Below, piece by piece: positions 8,496-17,336 of a DNA stretch of 64,000 nucleotides (positions are counted from its first letter, which is position 1; each line of letters opens with the position of its first letter). The translations under genes and the position numbers were made by a program. Source of the stretch: a virus; the IMG/VR virus record IMGVR_UViG_3300018018_000001, positions 117,622 to 181,621 of that record, one strand, 5' to 3'. Below the pieces are notes generated by a model that was not told the origin of the DNA, ran no database searches, and saw only the letters and a list, made by a program, of their open reading frames with translations.

Positions 8496-8863
8496 TGATA
8501 ACACTAAATGAAGCTATAAAGCTTTTGAATAAATATGCACCTTTGGGAACCCCGGAAGAGATTGAGAGGGCCATATACAAAGCGGAAGAGATTATAGGTG
8601 AATATAAATCTTTGTGATCTCCTGAGGAAATACAGGAAGCTTTGGAAGGGGCTAGTAATCTTCTTGAAAGATATAAGACTTTTGGAACCCCTGATGAGAT
8701 TGAAGAGGCTTTTGATTTGGCCAAACAAGCCCTTGGGGATTTAAAAAGCTTGGATGGATATTTAAAGAGTCAGGGGATACAGACCCCAAGAGATCCAGTT
8801 ATTCCCAAGACTGCCAAGGAAGTAATTGAAATGATTTCTAAAAGAAAGATCATTTTAGACTAA
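8495..8863 (+). pseudogene. Repeat protein (3x Y...G[TS]P[ED]EI) interrupted by in-frame TGA at 8615-8617
   Basis: ATG 8495 is in frame with track ORF 8642; TGA lies where the other two repeats have Gly (GGA). Confidence 0.7.
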
Positions 8864-8888
8864 ACTTTTTTTGTCTTTCTGCCGATAA
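8861..8888 (+). promoter_or_regulatory. sigma28-like promoter P6
   Basis: TAAA-N16-GCCGATAA; TAA is the stop codon of the upstream gene. Confidence 0.85.
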
Positions 8889-8907
8889 GATAGTTAGAGA
8901 GGGAATT

Positions 8908-9096
8908 ATGAAAATAAGATGGGGAATTCAAATTAGGGATAAGGGACAGGTGGTTAGTATAAATCAATTCTTTTTGGATATCCCTGATGAAGAATTAGCA
9001 GTTTGTGAGACTACAGAGGAAAAGACTTCTTTGATTGAGTATTATGTAAATAAAGAATTTGAATGTAATTCCAATACTTTTTGGGAAGAAGTATGA
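8908..9096 (+). CDS. Hypothetical protein
   Basis: First ORF after P6, GAGGG RBS. Confidence 0.65.
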   Translation: MKIRWGIQIRDKGQVVSINQFFLDIPDEELAVCETTEEKTSLIEYYVNKEFECNSNTFWEEV

Positions 9097-9211
9097 ATGT
9101 CATTAATACCATAAATGTCTATCCCCTTCTTGGATTATTGATACTGAGTGGTCTGTTAATCATCTATGGGATAGCCAAGATAATAACCTATTTCATTAAT
9201 AGGAGGTAACT

Positions 9212-9427
9212 GTGTCAAGAGCATTGGTCTACAATAATGCTTCGTGTCTTAAATGTGATTGCATAGAGAAAAGAATGGTCAAGATTGGTGCTTTCATCAT
9301 GTGTAACAAATGCTTTGCGGAGGAATTTATAACCTCTGATCCTGTCTGCCAAGAGCGTAAATTATATCTCAAATGGCTAGAGGTCTACAAAAATAAAATA
9401 GAGGAGGAAGAGAGGGGAAGGTCATGA
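9212..9427 (+). CDS. Small CxxC..CxxC zinc-finger protein
   Basis: CLKC, CNKC; AGGAGGT RBS. Confidence 0.65.
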   Translation: MSRALVYNNASCLKCDCIEKRMVKIGAFIMCNKCFAEEFITSDPVCQERKLYLKWLEVYKNKIEEEERGRS

Positions 9428-9843
9428 AAATCAACGGGAAGATTACTCTTTTGTGTGAAGGGGATAGTGTAAAACTTGAATTGCATGATGATGATTCCAG
9501 CATAACCTTTGTTAGGGTTGAGCTTACTACTAAACAGTTTACCCAAGCTTTGGGCAGACTGGCCCATACTCCATGTAAGTCAATGGAAGTTAGGGGCCTA
9601 GAGCGGGTAGGGACAAAAATGGAAAATAAGGAATTTATTTTTGAGGTTCCTGAGGAATTACCCTATGAGAGAGCAGAACGTAACAAGATCCTTATTCCCA
9701 TTTTGTATAAAATCATTCCTGAAAGTTGGATTGCTGATATGGGTTTCAATTCTCAGAATTCCTTCTTTATGAATAAGGGGAAAAATTTTGCCAGTACCAC
9801 AATTAGGAGATGGGTTAAGATCCCCCTACCTGAAAAGGAATAG
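9424..9843 (+). CDS. Hypothetical protein
   Basis: ORF with ATGA overlap. Confidence 0.7.
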   Translation: MKINGKITLLCEGDSVKLELHDDDSSITFVRVELTTKQFTQALGRLAHTPCKSMEVRGLERVGTKMENKEFIFEVPEELPYERAERNKILIPILYKIIPESWIADMGFNSQNSFFMNKGKNFASTTIRRWVKIPLPEKE

Positions 9844-9848
9844 GGTAA

Positions 9849-10256
9849 ATGATTTTTGAGAAAACTAAAAATTCCTGTTTGTTCCTGGGGGATTCTATAG
9901 AAGTCATGAGGGATAATTTCCCCTCTAATTCCATTGATGGGATAGTTTGTGATCCCCCCTATGGACTAAAATTTATGGGTAAAGGATGGGATTATGGGAT
10001 TCCGGGGATTCCCTATTGGACTGAAATACTTAGAGTGGCCAAGCCCGGGGCATACCTTTTAGCCTTTGGGGGAACCCGTAAGTATCATAGGCTTGCTTGT
10101 GCTATAGAGGATGCTGGTTTTGAGATAAGAGACTGTTTAATGTGGGTATATGGGTCTGGATTCCCCAAGTCCATGGACATAAGCAAGGCGATTAAAAAGG
10201 ATATAGAGGACCAATTAAGAACTCAGGGAGTAATAGGAGAAATTCAGTGGAAATAA
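9849..10256 (+). CDS. DNA N4-C/N6-A methyltransferase, N-terminal fragment (catalytic motif IV)
   Basis: GDSIEVM, IDGIVCDPPYGL, IEDAGFEIRDCLMWVYGSGFPKS. Confidence 0.9.
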   Translation: MIFEKTKNSCLFLGDSIEVMRDNFPSNSIDGIVCDPPYGLKFMGKGWDYGIPGIPYWTEILRVAKPGAYLLAFGGTRKYHRLACAIEDAGFEIRDCLMWVYGSGFPKSMDISKAIKKDIEDQLRTQGVIGEIQWK

Positions 10257-10699
10257 TCTGTGATAATAAGCTTTGCGGAAAAATTTTTAAATATAAATAT
10301 GGACTAGCACACTTTAAAAAAAGTTTATCTCATTGTTGCTCAAGAAAATGTCAAAATACTACTCATGGATTGACAGGAACTAAATATAAGGAAATTTGGG
10401 ATCGTACAAAGAGAAGAGCTAAAAAGAACGAAGTTATTTTTACTTTGACTATCTATGATATCCCCCCAATTCCAGAGAGATGCCCAATTTTAGGTATTAA
10501 AATTGTAGCAAATACGAAAGCGGGACCAATTGATTCCAGCCCTTCAATAGATAGAATTATACCTTCTTTTGGATATATTCCTGGAAATGTCAGAATCATA
10601 AGTAATAGAGCTAATAGAATACGTTCTGATGCTACTTCTAAAGAATTACATTTACTTGCAGAGGATCTTGAAAGGATAGAATGTCAATATTTAAAGTAA
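10247..10699 (+). mobile_element. Free-standing HNH-like endonuclease inserted in the methyltransferase gene
   Basis: CPILGI, SPSIDRIIPSFGYIPGNVRIISNRANRIRSD; own AGGAG RBS; overlaps both fragments. Confidence 0.8.
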
Positions 10700-11739
10700 C
10701 TATTTTTGGAAAAGATTATGAAATTAAGCAAGATTCAGATGGTAAGTTTATAATGCCTGAGGAATTAAGACAGGAAGGAAAAGGTACTGGGCTGAAGCCA
10801 GGATGGGAACCTATCATCCTTGCCCGTAAGCCTGTGGAAGGGACGGTAGCGGAGAATATCCTCAAGTGGGGAACAGGAGGATTGAATATTGATGCTTGTC
10901 GAATTTCGGGAGAAACACCCTCTGTAGAGAGAAGGAAAAATAAGGCACCAGGGGAAAGTATTGGATCAACTGGATGGATAACCCCAGCTAGACCAGAATC
11001 TTATAATGAACAAAGACCTGGAGAACAATTAGGACGTTTCCCTGCCAATTTACTTCTTGACTGTATTTGTAATGAGGTAATTGAGACTGAAGAGATAAGG
11101 GTAGAGGGTAGGACAATCAGGACTCACAATAAAATCTATGGGGGTGGGAAGGGAACAAATGTAGGGGATGACCCCGGCCACAAAATAAATAATAAGGTTT
11201 TGATTCATACCAATCCCGATTGCCCTTGTTATATGGTGGATAAACAAGGTTATGAAATGGGAGTCCATAATGCTGGCCATGAAAGACATGGTATGAGAGA
11301 TATAACAGGAGAAACTAAAGGAATATTTCCTGCCCATGGAAAGGGTGGTCATAGATTTGGGGATTCAGGTGGTGCCTCTAGGTTTTTCTACAGTTCCAAG
11401 TCCAGTAGGACAGAGAGGAATCAGGGAACAGAGGGTCTTTATTGGAAAAAGGCCGATAAATCGTTTATTAGGATTGAGGTAGGGGAATATGAGGGGTTAA
11501 GGGACGATTGTAGGGCCAGGGGCAACGTACACCCCACTGTTAAGCCAATTGGCCTCTGCCGATACCTCTGCCGATTGATTATCCCTCCTGGGGGCATTAT
11601 TTTGGACCCTTTCATGGGATCTGGGTCTACAGGGGTAGCCGCAGTCCAAGAAGGATTCAAGTTTGAGGGAATTGATAATGATCCTGTGAGTTTCGAGATT
11701 TCTAAGGCCCGTATGCATTTTTTTGAAGAAAAGGTGTAA
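10681..11739 (+). CDS. DNA N4-C/N6-A methyltransferase, C-terminal fragment (SAM-binding motif I)
   Basis: GTGLKPGWEPIILARKP, GGLNIDACRI, GRFPANLLL, HPTVKP, ILDPFMGSGSTG. Confidence 0.9.
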   Translation: MSIFKVTIFGKDYEIKQDSDGKFIMPEELRQEGKGTGLKPGWEPIILARKPVEGTVAENILKWGTGGLNIDACRISGETPSVERRKNKAPGESIGSTGWITPARPESYNEQRPGEQLGRFPANLLLDCICNEVIETEEIRVEGRTIRTHNKIYGGGKGTNVGDDPGHKINNKVLIHTNPDCPCYMVDKQGYEMGVHNAGHERHGMRDITGETKGIFPAHGKGGHRFGDSGGASRFFYSSKSSRTERNQGTEGLYWKKADKSFIRIEVGEYEGLRDDCRARGNVHPTVKPIGLCRYLCRLIIPPGGIILDPFMGSGSTGVAAVQEGFKFEGIDNDPVSFEISKARMHFFEEKV

Positions 11740-11769
11740 TAGTAAGACCACTTTGGTGTTATTATATAG
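11724..11769 (+). promoter_or_regulatory. 46-bp element B1, candidate middle/replication-class promoter
   Basis: 43 of 46 nt identical to 16221-16266; contains TG-N-TATTAT extended -10. Confidence 0.6.
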
Positions 11770-11797
11770 GGTAGACTAAAAAATTAAGGGAGGATTT

Positions 11798-11995
11798 ATG
11801 AAGACCATTTACAAAGTAGTGCCGATGGAAACAGATGGATCAGTTCTGGATACTGAGAAATTCTTTAATGAATTCGGTGCCACTGGGTGGGAATTGCAGC
11901 ATATAAAGACAGATCGGACAGATGAAAAGGGCAAGCCGATTGAGGATCTTTGCGTATTTATGAAACGTGTCAAAACAGAGGAAAAGAAAGCCTAA
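11798..11995 (+). CDS. DUF4177-like small protein
   Basis: YKVV...EKFFNEFGATGWELQHI. Confidence 0.6.
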   Translation: MKTIYKVVPMETDGSVLDTEKFFNEFGATGWELQHIKTDRTDEKGKPIEDLCVFMKRVKTEEKKA

Positions 11996-13008
11996 TGAAA
12001 ATACTTGCATATGCCGACCAACATTTCAGAGAGTTTGGTTCTTTTGCTCCTTGGAACCGGGTAGACTCCAACGGCCTAACTCCTGAACTTAATAACTTAA
12101 TCAAGGGTTGCCGTTTTGTGGCTAATATGATTGCCGAATTGCAACCAGACATGGTTGTAAACCTGGGAGATATAATTAATAACCAAGAAACTGTGAGCGT
12201 GAAAACTTTGCATGGTATTCATCTTGGCCTGAAAATGATTAATAAAGCATGCGGGAAAACTCCCCATTATTGTATTCCAGGCCAACACGATTGCCTTAGC
12301 GAAACTCAAGGCATATATTCAATTAGCCCTTTGGTAGGATACTTTACCGACATTTTTACTGAGGTCATGCATGTAATCATGAAGGATGGTAGGACAGTAG
12401 CTTTCATTCCTTACATGTCTGATCCAGAAAAGATGTATAAGACTTTAGTTTCTTTGCCCTCAGAAATCAAGCTTGTCTTTTGCCACCATGATTTTGCTGG
12501 AGCTAAATATGAAAATGGGCATGAATCAGAATCAGCAACCTCTTCTGATTTCCCATTTACGATAATCGCAGGGGATATTCATTTGCCCCAATCAGTGGGA
12601 TCTGTAATCTATGCAGGATCTTTAGTCCAAAACAAGTTTCAGCAGTACAAGCTTAATGATAATGGTGTTCTTCTTTATGATACTGAAACTAGGCTCTATA
12701 ATCGGTTCCAAAATACAATGAGCAAACACTACGTTGTGGTTAATGACCTGGAAAGCCTGGGAAACCTTGATCCTGATAAAGCCATTCTGAAGGTGGTTTC
12801 AGATATTCCCAAAGAGGAAATAGAAAAGATTCTCTCAAAGTATGAATATGTATATTTCCCTCACAAGACCAAAGAGGAAGGTGATGGTGAGCGGTCGTAT
12901 TCAGAATTGAATGTGGAGAATCCGGTAGAAGCCCTGCGGAATTTTATTTCTCAGGATAAACCTGAAGCCCTTGAAACATTTAATAAGATAGTAAGAAAGG
13001 AGAAGTAA
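11995..13008 (+). CDS. sbcD: SbcD/Mre11/gp47-like metallophosphoesterase nuclease
   Basis: AYADQH, VNLGDI, IPGQHD, FCHHDF, GDIHLPQ, YAGSL; start moved to the ATG after the upstream stop. Confidence 0.9.
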   Translation: MKILAYADQHFREFGSFAPWNRVDSNGLTPELNNLIKGCRFVANMIAELQPDMVVNLGDIINNQETVSVKTLHGIHLGLKMINKACGKTPHYCIPGQHDCLSETQGIYSISPLVGYFTDIFTEVMHVIMKDGRTVAFIPYMSDPEKMYKTLVSLPSEIKLVFCHHDFAGAKYENGHESESATSSDFPFTIIAGDIHLPQSVGSVIYAGSLVQNKFQQYKLNDNGVLLYDTETRLYNRFQNTMSKHYVVVNDLESLGNLDPDKAILKVVSDIPKEEIEKILSKYEYVYFPHKTKEEGDGERSYSELNVENPVEALRNFISQDKPEALETFNKIVRKEK

Positions 13009-13009
13009 T

Positions 13010-13339
13010 ATGATTCATAGAATGGATTTCATTAACCCTGAATTTTATCCAGGAATAGGTGTCTCTGTCAGAAGAGGGGATAAGTGGTACAATAAAGCCA
13101 GGGTTGGGGATACTGTAGAATTGACACTAAAGGGATGTGAAAATCCAGTAAATTCCGCTAAGATTGTGGGAATAGCCTATCTCCCCTTTATTTTGATTCC
13201 AGAACAATTCCTTTCCTATGAGCATGACTTGACTTGTGATAACTTTGTGGGCCTATTAGAGGCCATGAAGAAGGCTTATCCCGATTTCTCAGCAGAGGAA
13301 TTAGTGACAATAGTTATATTCATGATTGATTCTGAATGA
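13010..13339 (+). CDS. ASCH/PUA-like hypothetical protein
   Basis: SVRRGDKW..VGDTVEL. Confidence 0.5.
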   Translation: MIHRMDFINPEFYPGIGVSVRRGDKWYNKARVGDTVELTLKGCENPVNSAKIVGIAYLPFILIPEQFLSYEHDLTCDNFVGLLEAMKKAYPDFSAEELVTIVIFMIDSE

Positions 13340-13614
13340 TCTTGAAAGACGGGCTCTATCGGGTAGTAACCGATTATTTTGTAGCTGGATTCATTATCAA
13401 GAATGGGAGGGTAATAAAGTGGGCTCCTATTCTTAATAGGAAAATTGACTACTGGATCTTTCAAGCGGAATGGGTTTGTGATTAATGAATAAAGTTGATA
13501 AAGAAATATTTAGATTTAGTGGTTGGTGTTTTATTATTGGAGCCTTTGTTATAGGAATAATTTTATTTATTGTTAATTTCATAATTTTAGCTACCTAATA
13601 ATGGGGAGGAAAAA

Positions 13615-13899
13615 ATGATTATTGAAAACTCTTATGGAAATGGACCAAATAAAATGCACTCCTTAAAAACAGAGCACTCTTGTTGGAGAGCTATTTATGA
13701 TGGTATAAAATCATTTGAATATAGAAAGAATGATCGAAACTATAAAGTAGGGGATACACTCCTTCTTATGGATTACTACCCTGAAACAGAGAGCACTGGT
13801 GGAGAAATTCATGCTGATATAACATATATCCTTTACGGGGGAAAACTTGGAATACCAGAAGGGTATTGTATTATGCAACTAAAAATTATTGCTAAGTAA
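13615..13899 (+). CDS. DUF3850/ASCH-family protein
   Basis: HSLKT...AIYDGIKSFEYRKNDRNYKVGDTLLL. Confidence 0.8.
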   Translation: MIIENSYGNGPNKMHSLKTEHSCWRAIYDGIKSFEYRKNDRNYKVGDTLLLMDYYPETESTGGEIHADITYILYGGKLGIPEGYCIMQLKIIAK

Positions 13900-13917
13900 A
13901 GAGAGAAAATAATAAAA

Positions 13918-15696
13918 TTGATTAAGTTTCGTGAATTTGGGGGTAAGGATGTATTCCAGTATGAGAATTTTAATCTAAAAATTACTCCTGGGAAACATCT
14001 TATCATTGGTAAGAATCTATCTGAAGCTAACGCAAATTCCAATGGATCTGGAAAATCCTCTATTCCTGAAACCCTTGATTGGATTTTGTTTAAGAAATCT
14101 TCTGAAGGTGCAGGGAAAGATGGGATGGATATTTCCAGGAATTGGAAGGGAGGTTCTTCAGGTTCAGTAAAATTCTTTGCCAATGAGCATAACTATGAAA
14201 TTGATAGATATGGAAAGGCTAAAGGAAAAGACAAATGCTTGGACAATGCCGTTAAGCTTTTGGAAGATGGTGACGATATCTCCCAAAGGCTACCTACCCA
14301 AGTTGATGATGAGATAATTAAACTCATTGGAATGGATTATGATATCGCCTCTATGACCATTACTGTCCTGCAGGGTCTACCATCCAATTTCTCTACCCTT
14401 ATGCCTACTGTCCGTAAGGGATATATTGAAAACATGGTGGGGTTTTCTGTTTGGGATGATATTAAGAAACTCCTGGATAAATTCCTATCAGCCGAAAATG
14501 TTAAGATAGATGACAAGACAAGTAAATTCCAGGCTGAGCGTGAAAAAATGATCAACCTGAATTCGAGACTCCAAGCCTTGAAGGATGCCGGGAAAACCCA
14601 AAAAGATCAAATCATGGCCGATATAAAGAAGATCAAAGCGGATTTATTCCCTGTCCTTACGGCTTTAGAAGGAATTGCCAAGGATAGAGTTGAAATTTCC
14701 AAAAAGTTTTTGGGGGAACAGAAAACTGAAGAATTGAAAAAGACTAAGCTTTTCGGAATGACTATCCTAAACGAATCCAAATCTACAATATCTAATTTGG
14801 ATTCTACTATTATGTCTTTATCCAGTAGAGCAAATGATTTTCGTAAAATACTTAGCACTAAAATATGTCCAACTTGTAAACAAAATTTTCCTGAATCCAC
14901 AATTAAGGATGCAGAAGAATCAGTTATTGAACTTGATGCCAAAAATGAGAGGGTAAAGAGTACCAAACCTTTCTTTGTTGAAATCAGGGATAAGCTTGAG
15001 ATTATCGAGAGAGAGGATACCAAGCTGAGCACTACCAAGACCATGCTTGAAAACCAGATCCTTTCTTTGGTCAGTTCATTGGAAAAGGAGGATGAGACAG
15101 GGGAGATTTCTAAGCTGGAAACCGCTCTTACTGCTCTTACTGATACGGTTAACTTGATTAGCGTTAGCATGGCCGAAATCAACAAGGAAATTGGCTACCT
15201 CACTTACCTGAGTGACTTGCTCAAGCCTTCCTCCAAGTTTCGGAGTTCTACCCTGGAAAAATATTTAAAGTATATAAATTCAGATATTTTGGGCCGAATT
15301 TGCCCAATTATACTTGACAAAATAGGGGTTGATCTGGTAATATCAACTGATAAGCGTGGATCAGGGGTTGACCTCCAGATTACAAAAGATGGTAAGGTAA
15401 TCCCATATAAATCCAGGTCAGGGGGAGAGAAAAGGAGAATTGACGTTGCTCTTATCCTTGCCTTCCAAAGATTCCTTTTGGAAATCTACTCAGTATCTAC
15501 TAACCTACTTTTCTTCGATGAAATTATGGACCCTTTGGACAATAGAGGGGTTGAGACAGTTTTGAATTGCATCGACATTCTCTTTCCAGAAAACATGGCT
15601 ATCTATATCATAACCCATAAAGAGGCTTTCAAAGATCTTTTTGACGATGTGATAACGGTAGTTAAACAGAATGATATAAGCAAAATAGAGGGGTGA
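13918..15696 (+). CDS. sbcC: SbcC/Rad50/gp46-like ATPase
   Basis: Walker A NGSGKSS, coiled coil with CPTC hook, signature SGGEKRR, Walker B LFFDE. Confidence 0.95.
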   Translation: MIKFREFGGKDVFQYENFNLKITPGKHLIIGKNLSEANANSNGSGKSSIPETLDWILFKKSSEGAGKDGMDISRNWKGGSSGSVKFFANEHNYEIDRYGKAKGKDKCLDNAVKLLEDGDDISQRLPTQVDDEIIKLIGMDYDIASMTITVLQGLPSNFSTLMPTVRKGYIENMVGFSVWDDIKKLLDKFLSAENVKIDDKTSKFQAEREKMINLNSRLQALKDAGKTQKDQIMADIKKIKADLFPVLTALEGIAKDRVEISKKFLGEQKTEELKKTKLFGMTILNESKSTISNLDSTIMSLSSRANDFRKILSTKICPTCKQNFPESTIKDAEESVIELDAKNERVKSTKPFFVEIRDKLEIIEREDTKLSTTKTMLENQILSLVSSLEKEDETGEISKLETALTALTDTVNLISVSMAEINKEIGYLTYLSDLLKPSSKFRSSTLEKYLKYINSDILGRICPIILDKIGVDLVISTDKRGSGVDLQITKDGKVIPYKSRSGGEKRRIDVALILAFQRFLLEIYSVSTNLLFFDEIMDPLDNRGVETVLNCIDILFPENMAIYIITHKEAFKDLFDDVITVVKQNDISKIEG

Positions 15697-15699
15697 GGT

Positions 15700-16236
15700 A
15701 TGCCAAAAAAAGGGGCTCAGACAGGAAATCAGTTTGAAAGGGATATTGCCAGAAAATTGGGGGAGGCAATCTATAAGGATAAGGATGCTATTTGGAGGAC
15801 ACACGGTAGCGGTGGTTGGAAGAGGGCAAAAGATAATAAGAGTGGGATTCATCCAGGAGATCTTTATCCAGTAAAACAGGTTCCCTTCCCCTTCGAGTTT
15901 GTGGTAGAATGCAAAGACCGAAGAGGGTGGTCCCTGGATGACTTCATGAATCTTAACAAAAAGAATAAGATTCTTTCATGGTGGGAAAAGCTGCTAAATG
16001 ATATTCAACTTGCCGGGGAACAATACCTATCCCATTATCCAGTGATCATTATAACCAAGCCCTATTTTGCTGAATTAGCTATCCTTTCTCTGAATGAACA
16101 CCAGTATCCGTTTGATAATTTAAGTTTTCATCATATGCGCTTTGATCGTTTTATTATTATGTTTTTCAATGACTTTTGCAATTTCTTAGAAAAAAGATAC
16201 AAAGAAAAATTTACTCCAACTGAAGAAAAGGTGTAA
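15700..16236 (+). CDS. Holliday junction resolvase (Hjc-like)
   Basis: GNQFERDIARKL, RTHGSGG, GDLY, VVECKD. Confidence 0.8.
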   Translation: MPKKGAQTGNQFERDIARKLGEAIYKDKDAIWRTHGSGGWKRAKDNKSGIHPGDLYPVKQVPFPFEFVVECKDRRGWSLDDFMNLNKKNKILSWWEKLLNDIQLAGEQYLSHYPVIIITKPYFAELAILSLNEHQYPFDNLSFHHMRFDRFIIMFFNDFCNFLEKRYKEKFTPTEEKV

Positions 16237-16266
16237 TAGTAAAGGCACTTTGGTGTTATTATATAG
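16221..16266 (+). promoter_or_regulatory. 46-bp element B2
   Basis: Second copy of 11724-11769. Confidence 0.6.
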
Positions 16267-16292
16267 TATGGAAAAAATAAAGGGAGGTAGAT

Positions 16293-16832
16293 ATGGACAC
16301 AGATAGGTATGAGGAAGTGCAACCAGCGGATTATACTCTGTTAACAAAAGTCAGGGAAGAGAAATTTGCATTCTTGAATGATGCCAATATCAAGATTCTC
16401 CTTGACACAAAGAAAAAGATTTCCGAAAAGAAGCTTGTCCTGGCCAAAATTCACAAGCCCAATGAATTGGTTAAACATTTTGTTGAGGAAGGGGTTAACT
16501 ACATTATCATAGCGGATAAGGTAGTTTGGGATGTAGCCCCTGAAATGGATAAGATAAGGCTCTTTCGACATGAGCTTAGACATGCTTACATTTCGGCTAC
16601 TGGCGGCTTCGATTTAGTAGGACATGACTTTGAGGATTTCTATGAGGAAGCCAAACTGAATTCCGATGATCCCGATTGGAAACGAAGAATTGCCACCCTT
16701 GCGGAAGATATTTATACCCAAAGGGAAGAGCAAGCAAAGGCAGCTAAAAAGTCAGGAAGGAAACCTGGAAGGCCCCGAAAAGAGGAATCTAAGAGTGCTG
16801 AACAGAGTGCTCAGGAAAAGATGTTCACGTAG
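16293..16832 (+). CDS. Putative phage metallopeptidase
   Basis: RLFRHELRH (HExxH) followed by GHDFEDF. Confidence 0.7.
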   Translation: MDTDRYEEVQPADYTLLTKVREEKFAFLNDANIKILLDTKKKISEKKLVLAKIHKPNELVKHFVEEGVNYIIIADKVVWDVAPEMDKIRLFRHELRHAYISATGGFDLVGHDFEDFYEEAKLNSDDPDWKRRIATLAEDIYTQREEQAKAAKKSGRKPGRPRKEESKSAEQSAQEKMFT

Positions 16833-16841
16833 GGGGTCTAT

Positions 16842-17108
16842 TTGGAATACAACCTAAAGGGGGTTATAGATTTAATTCCCCTGGAAATTAGAAAGAAAAC
16901 TCCAGGAATTGGAAAGGTGGTATCTCTCATTCTCTCTTTGATTGTTAGTTTAAAGGATGGAGATAGGATTTCAATTCCTGGGATTACCATGGAAAAGTAT
17001 TTGGATAACTTACTGGTTATTGATTCAAAAGTAAGTCCAATGGACATGCTAAAAACCTTTGAGGAAAACAATCTTCTGGGCGGGAATGATAAGAGGTTAA
17101 TGTCATGA
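16842..17108 (+). CDS. Hypothetical protein
   Basis: TTG start, operon context. Confidence 0.5.
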   Translation: MEYNLKGVIDLIPLEIRKKTPGIGKVVSLILSLIVSLKDGDRISIPGITMEKYLDNLLVIDSKVSPMDMLKTFEENNLLGGNDKRLMS

Positions 17109-17320
17109 AAATATTAATTGCATTATTTTTTAGTCTTTTAATTATTTATTCCTGTTCTGGTGGGGTAACAAAAGATGGGATAGACAAAGCTGAAAAGCTT
17201 TGTAAAGATCATGGTGGCATTAATAATTTAGAATCATTTCTATTAACTGACTCAGACAATTCGATTGTCTATTGTAAGGATGGGGTTGTATTCAAGGCTT
17301 GGTATAATTATAAAAAATAA
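17105..17320 (+). CDS. Small lipoprotein
   Basis: Signal peptide ending IIYSC. Confidence 0.65.
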   Translation: MKILIALFFSLLIIYSCSGGVTKDGIDKAEKLCKDHGGINNLESFLLTDSDNSIVYCKDGVVFKAWYNYKK

Positions 17321-17336
17321 AGGGAGGGTGTAAAAG

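Noticed and set aside
10200-10800. Group I intron or split intein in the methyltransferase
   Set aside because: The three ORFs overlap, leaving no room for a ribozyme core. No P7 or S-element sequence and no Cys/Ser...His-Asn intein ends were recognised.
11452-11459. Extra GCCGATAA, plus similar -10 hits at 14617 and 63509
   Set aside because: No TAAA at 15-16 nt spacing; not counted as promoters.
15694-15702. Rad50-resolvase fusion by read-through (same frame, TGA GGT ATG)
   Set aside because: Rad50 is complete at the stop, and the resolvase has its own purine-rich RBS and a normal N-terminus.
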